Shown: one piece after another, positions 1 to 8,060 of the stretch
Position numbering within the stretch: the first letter of the stretch is position 1
How the letters are laid out: each line of letters opens with the position of its first letter
From: Chloroflexi bacterium CSP1-4
Lineage (GTDB): Bacteria; Chloroflexota; Limnocylindria; Limnocylindrales; CSP1-4
Direction: 5' to 3'
DNA length: 64,000 bases
NCBI GenBank assembly: GCA_001443375.1
Contig: LDXM01000014.1
Location: 42 to 64,041, forward strand
The notes under the pieces: model-generated
Seen by the model: the letters and a program-made list of their open reading frames with translations, nothing else
Databases searched by the model: none
Told to the model about the DNA's origin: nothing
Position numbers and translations under genes: made by a program

Positions 1-1
1 G

Positions 2-565
2 GCCTTCGGCAAGTACGCGTTCGCGCGCCTCGTGGTCATGGACCCCCACGCCTACAACGCCTTCCGCAACCACTACCCGCGGCTGGGCTGGACGGGCGAG
101 GTGCTGCACTACACGCAGTTCCTCGCCGAGCACGTCGAGCGCATCGCCTGGCGCTCCCGCGTGGACCTCGAGGTCACCTACCACGACCCGTGCTACCTCG
201 GGCGCAACAACGGCGAGTACGACGCGCCGCGCAAGCTCCTCGCGGCGATCCCCGGCGTGCGCCTCGCCGAGATGCCCCACAACCGGGCCAACGGCTACTG
301 CTGCGGCGGTGGTGGCGGGGGCATGTGGCTCGACGGCTTCGTGGCCGAGCACGTCTCGGAGCGCCTCTCCGAGCGGCGCGTGCGCGAGGCCGTGGCCACG
401 GTGGGCACCGACGGCAGCGGGGTGCTCTCGGTGGCCTGCCCCTACGAGCCGTCGCGCTTCGAGGACGCGGTGAAGTCCACCGGCAACGACGGCCGCATCG
501 TCGTGCGCGACATCATCGAGCTGATCGACCAGGCGATGCAGCCGCTGCCCGCCACAACGGCATGA
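2..565 (+). CDS. CCG-domain (HdrB/HdrD/GlpC-like) Fe-S oxidoreductase, C-terminal part (5'-truncated by window edge)
   Basis: Frame open from base 2; motifs YHDPCYLGR, CCGGGGG, SVACPYE typical of cysteine-rich CCG domains. Confidence 0.85.
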   Translation, partial: AFGKYAFARLVVMDPHAYNAFRNHYPRLGWTGEVLHYTQFLAEHVERIAWRSRVDLEVTYHDPCYLGRNNGEYDAPRKLLAAIPGVRLAEMPHNRANGYCCGGGGGGMWLDGFVAEHVSERLSERRVREAVATVGTDGSGVLSVACPYEPSRFEDAVKSTGNDGRIVVRDIIELIDQAMQPLPATTA

Positions 566-578
566 ACGAGGAGGACCC

Positions 579-1343
579 ATGGAACTGGTCGTACTGGTCA
601 AGCAGGTGCCCGATCTCGCCGAGGAGCTCGAGATCGACGCCTCCGGCACCGACCTCGCCCGCGAGTGGATGAGCTTCGTGGCCAGCGAATGGGACGAGTA
701 CGCCCTCGAGGAGGCGCTGCAGCTGCGCGACGAGGCCGGCGGTCGCGTGACCTGCCTGGCCCTCGACACCGGGTCGGTGGACGAGCTGCTCGCGACCTGC
801 CTGGCTCGCGGCGCCGATCGCGCCGTCAAGGTGGGCGCCTTCGAGCGCGGGCCCGACTCGCACACCGCCGCGCGGGCCTTCGCCGCCGCGCTGCGCACGC
901 TGCCCCACGACCTCGTGCTGACCGGCGTGCAGGCCATCGACGACCTCGACGGCCAGGTGGGCCCGCTGGTGGCCACCGAGCTGGGTCTGCCCCATGTCAG
1001 CGTCGTGACCCACATCAAGCTCGCGGGCAGCGCGGCCACGGTCCACCAGGAGTACGCCGGCGGCCTCGTGGCCGAGTTCGAGGTCGACCTGCCGGCGGTG
1101 CTTGGCGTCCAGACCTCGCGCGAGGCGCCGCGCTACGCGCCCGTCAGCCGGGTGCGCCAGATCATGAAGACCGCCGAGATGGAGCAGGTCGACGTCGCGG
1201 TCGCGGCCGGCTCCGGGTTGACGATCGAGGCCATGAGCGTGCCGGAGACGGGACGCGCGGCGGAGATGATCGCCGGCAGCCCCGGGGCGGTGGCCGACCG
1301 GATCGCCGCCATCCTCCGCGAGCGCGGCATCGTGAAGGCGTAG
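579..1343 (+). CDS. etfB: Electron transfer flavoprotein beta subunit
   Basis: N-terminal VLVKQVPD, DEYALEEALQL, LARGADRA, GVQAIDDLDGQVG, PRYA; SD GAGGAGG upstream. Confidence 0.95.
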   Translation: MELVVLVKQVPDLAEELEIDASGTDLAREWMSFVASEWDEYALEEALQLRDEAGGRVTCLALDTGSVDELLATCLARGADRAVKVGAFERGPDSHTAARAFAAALRTLPHDLVLTGVQAIDDLDGQVGPLVATELGLPHVSVVTHIKLAGSAATVHQEYAGGLVAEFEVDLPAVLGVQTSREAPRYAPVSRVRQIMKTAEMEQVDVAVAAGSGLTIEAMSVPETGRAAEMIAGSPGAVADRIAAILRERGIVKA

Positions 1344-1352
1344 GGGAGACCG

Positions 1353-2315
1353 ATGAGCAACGACATCTTCGTCCTGGTCGAACACCGCGACGGCGCCGTC
1401 GCGGAGAGCGCTTACGAGCTGCTGGGTCGGGCTCGGGAGCTGGCTGCCGCCACCAGCGGGGCGGCCGTGGCCCTCGTAGCCGGCGCGGCCGCCTCCTTGC
1501 TCGCCTCGCAGCTGGGCGCCGCCAGCCGCGTCATCGCCGTCGAGGACGCCTCGCTGGCGGAGTTCACGCCCGCGGCCTGGCAGGCCGCGCTGGCGCCGCT
1601 CATCGCCGAGCGGCAGCCGCTGCTACTGCTCGTCCCCAACTCCGGCTCGGGCATGGACGTGGCCGCAGGCCTTTCCGCGGCCACCGGCCTGCCCCTCGCC
1701 GCGTACGCCGTGGACGTGGCCATCGCCGGCGGCTCGCCGACAGTCACCTGCCAGCTCTACGCCGGCAAGATCAACGTCCGCGTCCGTTTCGACGGCGGTC
1801 GCGGCATCGCCACGGTCGTCGCCGGCGCCTTTCCCGCCGCGGCCGGCCAGGCGGCCGGTTCGCCGGCCGTGGAGCGCGTCGCGCCGGCCGCCGCCGACGC
1901 CCGGATCCGCTTCCGCCGCCTCATCCGACCCGAGGCGGGCGGCGTGGACATCACCAAGGAGTCGATCCTCGTCTCGATCGGGCGCGGCATCGGCGAGGCC
2001 GACAACGTGGAGCTTGCCGAGCGGCTGGCGGCGGCGCTGGGCGGTGCCGTCTCCTCCTCGCGTCCGGTGGCCGACGCGGGCTGGCTGCCGCGGACACGCC
2101 AGGTCGGCAAGTCCGGCCTGCGGGTGAAACCGAAGCTGTACCTCGCGCTCGGTATCAGCGGCGCGCCGGAGCACCTGGAGGGGATGCGCGACGCCGAGCT
2201 GATCGTGGCCGTCAACACGGACGCGCACGCACCGATCTTCGGTGTCGCCCACTACGGGGCGGTGGCCGACATCCTCGAGGTCATGCCGGCGCTGACCCAG
2301 CGCCTGGGCGGCTGA
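1353..2315 (+). CDS. etfA: Electron transfer flavoprotein alpha subunit
   Basis: LVSIGRGIG, SSRPVAD, QVGKSG..VKPKLYLALGISGAPEHLEGM, AVNTDAHAPIF FAD-binding domain. Confidence 0.95.
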   Translation: MSNDIFVLVEHRDGAVAESAYELLGRARELAAATSGAAVALVAGAAASLLASQLGAASRVIAVEDASLAEFTPAAWQAALAPLIAERQPLLLLVPNSGSGMDVAAGLSAATGLPLAAYAVDVAIAGGSPTVTCQLYAGKINVRVRFDGGRGIATVVAGAFPAAAGQAAGSPAVERVAPAAADARIRFRRLIRPEAGGVDITKESILVSIGRGIGEADNVELAERLAAALGGAVSSSRPVADAGWLPRTRQVGKSGLRVKPKLYLALGISGAPEHLEGMRDAELIVAVNTDAHAPIFGVAHYGAVADILEVMPALTQRLGG

Positions 2316-2328
2316 GCTCCCGGCCCAG

Positions 2329-4635
2329 ATGTTCGACCGGTCGGTCACGCGGGAGGTCTTCGAGGGGCTCGGCACCGCCGGCGAGGTGGTCTTCTACCTC
2401 CTGACCCTGCTGGTCACGATCGTCTTCTTCGTCGGCCTGGGGCTCAAGGTGCGCAAGTACCTCCGGGGCCGCGCCGAGGATCGCTTCCGGCCGCCGGCGG
2501 ACTTCGTCCAGAACGCCCTCCGCGGCCTGATCTCGGCCGCCACGGGGGCCACGGTGGCCAAGCGCGACCGCTTCGCGGGCGTCTTCCACCTGGCGGTCAT
2601 GTGGGGCTTCGTGGTGCTCTTCATCGGCACCGCCATCCTCACCATCGAGACCGACATCGTGGGCATCTTCGCCCCGCAGTACCGCTTCTTCCACGGCACC
2701 TTCTACATCGTCTATTCGGTCATCCTCGACGTGCTCGGGCTGGTCATGATCGTGGGCCTCGTGGCGCTCGCCGTGCGGCGGGCGCGCTTCCGCAAGCCGG
2801 CCCTCGACTACGGGCGCGTGGACCTCGAGGGCGCGACCACGAACCGGGGAGGCTTTGCCGTCGGCGACAGCGTCTTCCTGGGCTGGCTGCTCCTGCTGGG
2901 CATCGGGGGCTTTCTCGTCGAGGCGCTGCGCATCGTGGCCCACGACTTCCCCTGGTTCGAGGTCTGGTCCCCCGTCGGCTGGGTCCTGGCCGGCCTCTTC
3001 AGCACGCTGGGGCTGGGCGCCGAGGTCGCCGGCTCGCTGCACCTCGTCTTCTGGTGGGGCCACGCGCTCATGGCGCTGGCCTTCGTCGCCTACATCCCCT
3101 TCGCCAAGGCGATCCACATGCTGACCGCCGGCGCGAACCTGGCGCTGCGCTCGCCGCTCGCCGGTCGGCGCCTGCCGGTCCTGCCGGCGACATCCGTCGC
3201 CGCCATCGCGGGCCTGGCCGCACCGGTCGTCGCCGATGGCCACGTCGGGCTGCGTGACCTGGCCGACTTCTCCTGGAAGCAGCTGCTCGACTTCGACGCC
3301 TGCACGAAGTGCGGACGCTGCCACGTGGCCTGCCCGGCCGTCGCCTCGGGTGCGCCCCTCTCGCCGCGCGACCTCATCCTCGACCTGCGCCAGCAGGCGG
3401 ACGCTGCCTGGGCGATCCTGGCGCCGGGCGCTGAGCAGCGCAGCGACCGCGTCTACGGCGACGGCGTCGCGGCAGCCGCGGCGACGAACGGCAACGGCGC
3501 GGGACCGGCCCCCTGGGAGCCGACCCCGCCCGGGCCCGGCGGCCTCATGGCGGGCGGCCTCATCAAGGCCGACACGCTCTGGTCGTGCACGACCTGCCTG
3601 GCCTGCGTCGAGGCCTGCCCGGTCGGCATCGAGCACGTGCCGGCCATCGTGGGCATGCGCCGCTCGCTCGTGGACCTGGGTATCGTCGAACCCGGCCTGC
3701 AGACGGCCTTCACGAACCTGGCCAAGCAGGGCAACTCCTTCGGGCAGTCCGGCCGCACCCGTGGCCGGTGGAGCGACGGCTTGCCGGTGCCGGTCCGCGA
3801 CGCCCGCCGCGAGTCCGTGGAGTGGCTCTGGTTCGTGGGCGACTTCGCCTCCTTCGACGTGCGCGTGCAGGAGGCGACCCGCCTCGTGGCGCGCGTCTTC
3901 CAGGAGGGCGGCCTCGACTTCGGCATCCTCTTCGACGGCGAGCGCAACGCCGGCAACGACATCCGCCGCGCGGGCGAGGAGGGGCTCTTCGAGGTCCTCG
4001 CCGAGCACAACATCGGGCAGCTCTCCAAGGCGCGCTTCAAGCGCATCGTCACCACCGACCCGCACACGCTCAACACGCTGCGCTTCGAGTACCCGCAGTT
4101 CGGCGGCGACTTCTCGGTGTGGCACTACAGCGAGCTGCTGACGTGGCTGTTCAAGCAGGGCCGCCTCAGCGCTGCCAGCCCGGTCGCCCGGCGCGTGACG
4201 TACCACGACCCCTGCTACCTGGCCCGCTACAGTGAGGTCACGCGTGCCCCGCGCGAGGTGCTGGCCGCGGTCGGCGCGGAGCTCGTGGAGATGCCGCGCA
4301 ACGGCGCCAACACGTTCTGCTGCGGCGCCGGTGGCGGGCGGATCTGGATGGACGACTCGGGCCTCCGCGAGCGCCCCTCGGAGAACCGGATCCGCGAGGC
4401 AGCGGCGCTCGAGGCGGTGACCGACTTCGTGACCGCCTGCCCCAAGGACCTCACGATGTACACCGCGGCGGCCAAGGCGACCGGCCACGGCGACCGGCTG
4501 GCCGTGATCGACTTGGTCGAGCTGGTGGCCCAGGCGATCGGCCTGCCGGACGAGGTCCCCGCCGAACCCGAGGCGGCGCCCGAGGTCGCGGCATTGGCCA
4601 CCTCTGGGGCCCCCTCTGAGGCCGCCGTGGCATGA
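2329..4635 (+). CDS. Membrane-bound Fe-S oxidoreductase (NarI-like TM/heme b domain + two [4Fe-4S] + CCG domains); FadF/EMO-type ETF:quinone oxidoreductase
   Basis: Several N-terminal TM helices with His residues; CTKCGRCHVACP and CTTCLACVEACP ferredoxin motifs; C-terminal YHDPCYLAR and CCGAGGG; directly follows etfBA. Confidence 0.88.
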   Translation: MFDRSVTREVFEGLGTAGEVVFYLLTLLVTIVFFVGLGLKVRKYLRGRAEDRFRPPADFVQNALRGLISAATGATVAKRDRFAGVFHLAVMWGFVVLFIGTAILTIETDIVGIFAPQYRFFHGTFYIVYSVILDVLGLVMIVGLVALAVRRARFRKPALDYGRVDLEGATTNRGGFAVGDSVFLGWLLLLGIGGFLVEALRIVAHDFPWFEVWSPVGWVLAGLFSTLGLGAEVAGSLHLVFWWGHALMALAFVAYIPFAKAIHMLTAGANLALRSPLAGRRLPVLPATSVAAIAGLAAPVVADGHVGLRDLADFSWKQLLDFDACTKCGRCHVACPAVASGAPLSPRDLILDLRQQADAAWAILAPGAEQRSDRVYGDGVAAAAATNGNGAGPAPWEPTPPGPGGLMAGGLIKADTLWSCTTCLACVEACPVGIEHVPAIVGMRRSLVDLGIVEPGLQTAFTNLAKQGNSFGQSGRTRGRWSDGLPVPVRDARRESVEWLWFVGDFASFDVRVQEATRLVARVFQEGGLDFGILFDGERNAGNDIRRAGEEGLFEVLAEHNIGQLSKARFKRIVTTDPHTLNTLRFEYPQFGGDFSVWHYSELLTWLFKQGRLSAASPVARRVTYHDPCYLARYSEVTRAPREVLAAVGAELVEMPRNGANTFCCGAGGGRIWMDDSGLRERPSENRIREAAALEAVTDFVTACPKDLTMYTAAAKATGHGDRLAVIDLVELVAQAIGLPDEVPAEPEAAPEVAALATSGAPSEAAVA

Positions 4636-5093
4636 GCGCGACCGTCGAGCCGGACGCGTACCGGGTGCTGGAGGCGCTGGCCGTGAACCTGCGCGCCCGC
4701 GTGCGCGAGCAGCGACGGGCGGAGGAGCGCCTGGCGGGCTTCGCCTTCCGCGAGAGCGGGGCGGCGGTCGGGTCGGTGGAGTCTGGCGCCGCGCCCGCGA
4801 CCGATTGGCGCTACTACCTCGCCCGCACCTTCCGCGAGGCATCGGAGCCGTCGACCCTCGCCCTCCTGCTGAGCCTGCGCTCCGGCGAGCGGCCGCTGCG
4901 GGAGCTGGGCGAGGACCATCTTGCCGTGGCCGACCAGGTGGGACGCCTGGCCACGGCCGGCCTGGTCTCGCGCCCCCTCGACAGCGAGCGGGTCTCGCTG
5001 GCGCCGCTGGGCGAGGCCGTGCTGGCGCTGTACGACGCGCTCGAGGCGCGCCTCAGCGCGGGCCCCGATGGGGACGGGAGACCGGTTCGGTGA
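4632..5093 (+). CDS. Hypothetical protein with winged-helix-like C-terminal half
   Basis: ATGA overlap with upstream gene; pattern LALLLSLRSGERPLREL...QVGRLATAGLVSR...SLAPLG resembles wHTH regulators. Confidence 0.65.
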   Translation: MSATVEPDAYRVLEALAVNLRARVREQRRAEERLAGFAFRESGAAVGSVESGAAPATDWRYYLARTFREASEPSTLALLLSLRSGERPLRELGEDHLAVADQVGRLATAGLVSRPLDSERVSLAPLGEAVLALYDALEARLSAGPDGDGRPVR

Positions 5094-5416
5094 ACTGCCC
5101 CTACTGCGCCGCGCCCGGCACACGCATGGAAACGCACGCCCACCTCGGGACGGATCATGCCGACCAGGTGCGCATGTTCCGCGACGAGGCCAAGGACCAG
5201 GCCCGCTTCGCCCTGGGCTGCCCCTTCTGCGACGAGGGCCTGGAGCGCGTGGCCAACCCGCGCGGGCGCGAGCCCGGGTTCCTCGAGGAGTTCCGGCGCG
5301 AGATCACGCTCGTCGCTTTCGACCTCCTGCTCTACCATCTTCACGCGTCTCACGCCGAGCTTGTGGGGCTTCCGGCGATCCCCGTGGACGAGCCCACACC
5401 AGGAGAGACGAGATGA
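5090..5416 (+). CDS. Small double Zn-finger-like protein (CPYC..HAHLGTDH; CPFC..HLHASH)
   Basis: GTG start overlapping upstream TGA; 3' part of ORF 4805..5416; two CxxC plus two His clusters; ATGA overlap with next gene. Confidence 0.75.
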   Translation: MNCPYCAAPGTRMETHAHLGTDHADQVRMFRDEAKDQARFALGCPFCDEGLERVANPRGREPGFLEEFRREITLVAFDLLLYHLHASHAELVGLPAIPVDEPTPGETR

Positions 5417-5850
5417 CCGACGTCCGTGGCTGCAACATCCCCGAAGACCTGTACTACTGGGTGGAGAAGCACGTCTGGGTCCGCGACGACGGCGACGACG
5501 TCGTCACCGTGGGCATCACGGACGTGGCCCAGCACCTCGCCAACCGCGTCGTGGCCGTGACCACGAAGCGCCCGGGCAAGCTCCTCGAGCGGGGCCAGAG
5601 CGTGGCCACGGTCGAGAGCGGGAAGTGGGTCGGCCCGGTGCCCACGCCGATCAACGGCGAGGTCCTGGAGGTCAACCCCCGCCTCGCGAGCGAGCCGACC
5701 ATCGTCAACGACGATCCCTACGGCGAGGGCTGGATCGTCCGCCTCAAGGCGACCCTCTGGTCCGTCCAGCGGGCGGAGATGCACACCGGCGTCCATGCCG
5801 TGGACGAATACCGGGCCTTCCTCGAGGCCCAGGGGATCAGCTGCGCCTGA
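5413..5850 (+). CDS. lbpA: GcvH-like lipoate-binding protein (LbpA-type) 1
   Basis: ATG 5413 after SD AGGAG; HVWV, VGITDVAQ, lipoyl-Lys motif VESGKWVG, NDDPYGEGW; extra Cys near both termini (RGCNIP, ISCA). Confidence 0.85.
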   Translation: MTDVRGCNIPEDLYYWVEKHVWVRDDGDDVVTVGITDVAQHLANRVVAVTTKRPGKLLERGQSVATVESGKWVGPVPTPINGEVLEVNPRLASEPTIVNDDPYGEGWIVRLKATLWSVQRAEMHTGVHAVDEYRAFLEAQGISCA

Positions 5851-6302
5851 TGAGCGTCTACCGGGGCTGCGACATCCCTGGCGACCTGTTCTTCGACGTG
5901 GACCGCGACGTGTGGATCCGGCCCGCGCCGGACGGCACGCTCACGCTGGGCCTGACCGACCCGGCCCAGACGCGCTCCGGCAAGGTCCTGCACATCCTCT
6001 TCAAGAAGCCCGGCCGCCACCTCGACGCCGGGCAGAGCGCGGCCACCATCGAGACCGCCAAATGGGCCGGCCCCTTCCCGACGCCCGTGTCCGGCACGAT
6101 CGCCGAGACGAACGAAGCGACCTTCCGGGCCGACATCCTGATCGCCAACCGCGATCCCTACGGCGCGGGCTGGATCGTGCGGCTGGAGCCGGATGAATGG
6201 GCGCCCGAGGCGCAAGGGCTGGTCACGGGGGAGGCCGCCGTGCAACGCTACGAGACCCGCATCGACGAGCTGGGCCTGAACTGCTTCCGCTGTGCCGACT
6301 GA
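5850..6302 (+). CDS. lbpA: GcvH-like lipoate-binding protein (LbpA-type) 2
   Basis: ATG 5850 (TGATG overlap); LGLTDPAQ, lipoyl-Lys motif IETAKWAG, NRDPYGAGW; terminal Cys (RGCDIP, NCFRC). Confidence 0.85.
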   Translation: MSVYRGCDIPGDLFFDVDRDVWIRPAPDGTLTLGLTDPAQTRSGKVLHILFKKPGRHLDAGQSAATIETAKWAGPFPTPVSGTIAETNEATFRADILIANRDPYGAGWIVRLEPDEWAPEAQGLVTGEAAVQRYETRIDELGLNCFRCAD

Positions 6303-6312
6303 GGAGCCGACC

Positions 6313-7401
6313 ATGACCGCCTCGCCCATCCGCCTGCTCGACCTGGCGCCGGTCTCGCCGCTGCGCTCGCAGACGATCTACCACGCCGTCGGCTACGCCC
6401 TGGGGGCCGACTCGCCCGACACGATCATGCTCGTCTCGCCGAACGCGCCATACGTCAGCATCGGCCGTCACCAGGACGCCGCCCGCGAGGTGGACCTACC
6501 CTACTGCGCCGAAGCCGGCTACCCGGTGATCCGGCGCGAGATCGGCGGCGGTGCCGTCTACCTCGACGGCAACCAGCTCTTCACGCAGTGGATCTTCCAT
6601 GCCGACCACCTGCCGGCCACCGTCGAGGAGCGTTTCGTCGTCTACGCCGACTCCCTGGTGAGGACGTACCGTGCCTTGGGCATCGCGGCCGAGCACCGGC
6701 CGATCAACGACATCCACGTCGCCGGGCGCAAGATCGGCGGCACCGGTGCCGCACGCATGGACGGCGCCGAGGTCGTCGTGGGCAGCCTCATGTTCGACTT
6801 CGACGTGGCGACCATGGCGCGCGTCCTTAAGGTGCCCAGCGAGAAGTTCCGCGACAAGATCATCCAGTCGCTGACCGACTACATGACCACGATGCGCAAG
6901 GAGCTGGGCGAGCCGCCGGCGCGCGAAACCGTCATCGCGGCCTACCTCGATGCCTGCCGCGCCGTCCTGGGCCGCGACATCGAGCGCGGCGAGCTGCGCG
7001 CCGACGAGCTGGCCCTGGCCGAGAAGCTCGACGCCCGCTTCGCCGGCCGCGAGTGGCTCGAGGAGGCCGGCGGGCTGCGCAAGCCGTTCGTGAAGATCCA
7101 CGAGGGCGTGCGCGTGGCCGAAGCGGCCCACAAGGCGCCCGGCGGGCTGATCCGCTGCGTGCTCCGCGTACGCGACGGCCACATCGACGACGTCGCTTTC
7201 TCGGGCGACTTCACTGCGCGGCCGCCGTCCATGCCGTTCGACCTCGACGAGCTGCTGGCAGGGAGCGAGATCTCAGAGAAGATGGTATCCGAGAAGATCG
7301 AGGACTACTATCGGCGGGTGCGGCCGGAGATCCCGGGCGTGGCGCCGAGCGACTGGGTCGCCGCGGTGATGCGAGCGGCCGAAACGGAAGCGCCGGCCTG
7401 A
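6313..7401 (+). CDS. lplA: Lipoate-protein ligase (catalytic domain + C-terminal accessory domain, LplA/sLpl(AB)-like)
   Basis: VSIGRHQD, RREIGGGAVYLD, NDI..GRKIGGTG, C-terminal HKAPGGLIR..FSGDF; SD GAGGAG before ATG 6313. Confidence 0.9.
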   Translation: MTASPIRLLDLAPVSPLRSQTIYHAVGYALGADSPDTIMLVSPNAPYVSIGRHQDAAREVDLPYCAEAGYPVIRREIGGGAVYLDGNQLFTQWIFHADHLPATVEERFVVYADSLVRTYRALGIAAEHRPINDIHVAGRKIGGTGAARMDGAEVVVGSLMFDFDVATMARVLKVPSEKFRDKIIQSLTDYMTTMRKELGEPPARETVIAAYLDACRAVLGRDIERGELRADELALAEKLDARFAGREWLEEAGGLRKPFVKIHEGVRVAEAAHKAPGGLIRCVLRVRDGHIDDVAFSGDFTARPPSMPFDLDELLAGSEISEKMVSEKIEDYYRRVRPEIPGVAPSDWVAAVMRAAETEAPA

Positions 7402-7411
7402 GCCCGGCGAC

Positions 7412-8023
7412 ATGGAGGTGGCACAGATGGTCCAGGCATCCGAAACCATGACCGGCGCGGGCGATCTCGACGCCCTCATCCGCGACCGCGTCGATGCGCT
7501 CGTCACGACCCGCGTCGACGAGCTGATGGCGCTCGAGGCGGCCAGGAAAGCCGCCAAGCCCAAGAAGCTGTCGATCATCGCCACCAAGGGCACGCTCGAC
7601 TGGGCCTACCCGCCGCTCATCCTGGCCACGACGGCCAAGACCCTGGGCTGGGAGGTCGGCATCTTCTTCACCTTCTACGGGCTGAAGATCCTGCAGAAGA
7701 AGCGCAACCTCGAGGTCGGCACCACGGGCAACCCGGCCATGCCCATGCCGATCACCATGCCCCAGCTCATGACCGCCCTGCCCGGGATGACCCCGATGGC
7801 CACCTGGATGATGAAGCGCCAGTTCAAGGATCACGGCGTGGCCTCCATCGACGAGCTCCTCGACCTGGCCGTGGAGATGGGCGTCAAGCTCATCCCATGT
7901 GGCATGACCATGGACGTCTTCGGCTTCAGCAAGGACGGGTTCATCGACGGCATCGAGCCGGTCTGCGGCGCGACGCACTTCCTCGACTGGGCCTCCGACT
8001 CGGACGTCTCGCTCTTCGTCTGA
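7412..8023 (+). CDS. DsrE/DsrF-family (DsrE2/DrsE_2-like) sulfur transferase
   Basis: KLSIIATKGTLDWAYPPLILA, IFFTFYGL, conserved Cys in IPCGMTMDVFG; exact start uncertain (several Met). Confidence 0.88.
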   Translation: MEVAQMVQASETMTGAGDLDALIRDRVDALVTTRVDELMALEAARKAAKPKKLSIIATKGTLDWAYPPLILATTAKTLGWEVGIFFTFYGLKILQKKRNLEVGTTGNPAMPMPITMPQLMTALPGMTPMATWMMKRQFKDHGVASIDELLDLAVEMGVKLIPCGMTMDVFGFSKDGFIDGIEPVCGATHFLDWASDSDVSLFV

Positions 8024-8033
8024 GCGGCACTCC

Positions 8034-8055
8034 CACGCGACGGTTCGCCCGCGTG
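8034..8055. terminator. Hairpin between convergent genes (possible terminator)
   Basis: CACGCG...CGCGTG stem with inner GG-TTCG-CC; no U-tract. Confidence 0.3.
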
Positions 8056-8060
8056 CTGAC

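Noticed and set aside
5413-7401. Glycine cleavage system, or the GcvH-L/sirtuin/macrodomain operon
   Set aside because: No gcvP/gcvT or sirtuin adjacent; the only macrodomain gene is ~30 kb away in an unrelated operon; motifs fit LbpA-type proteins better
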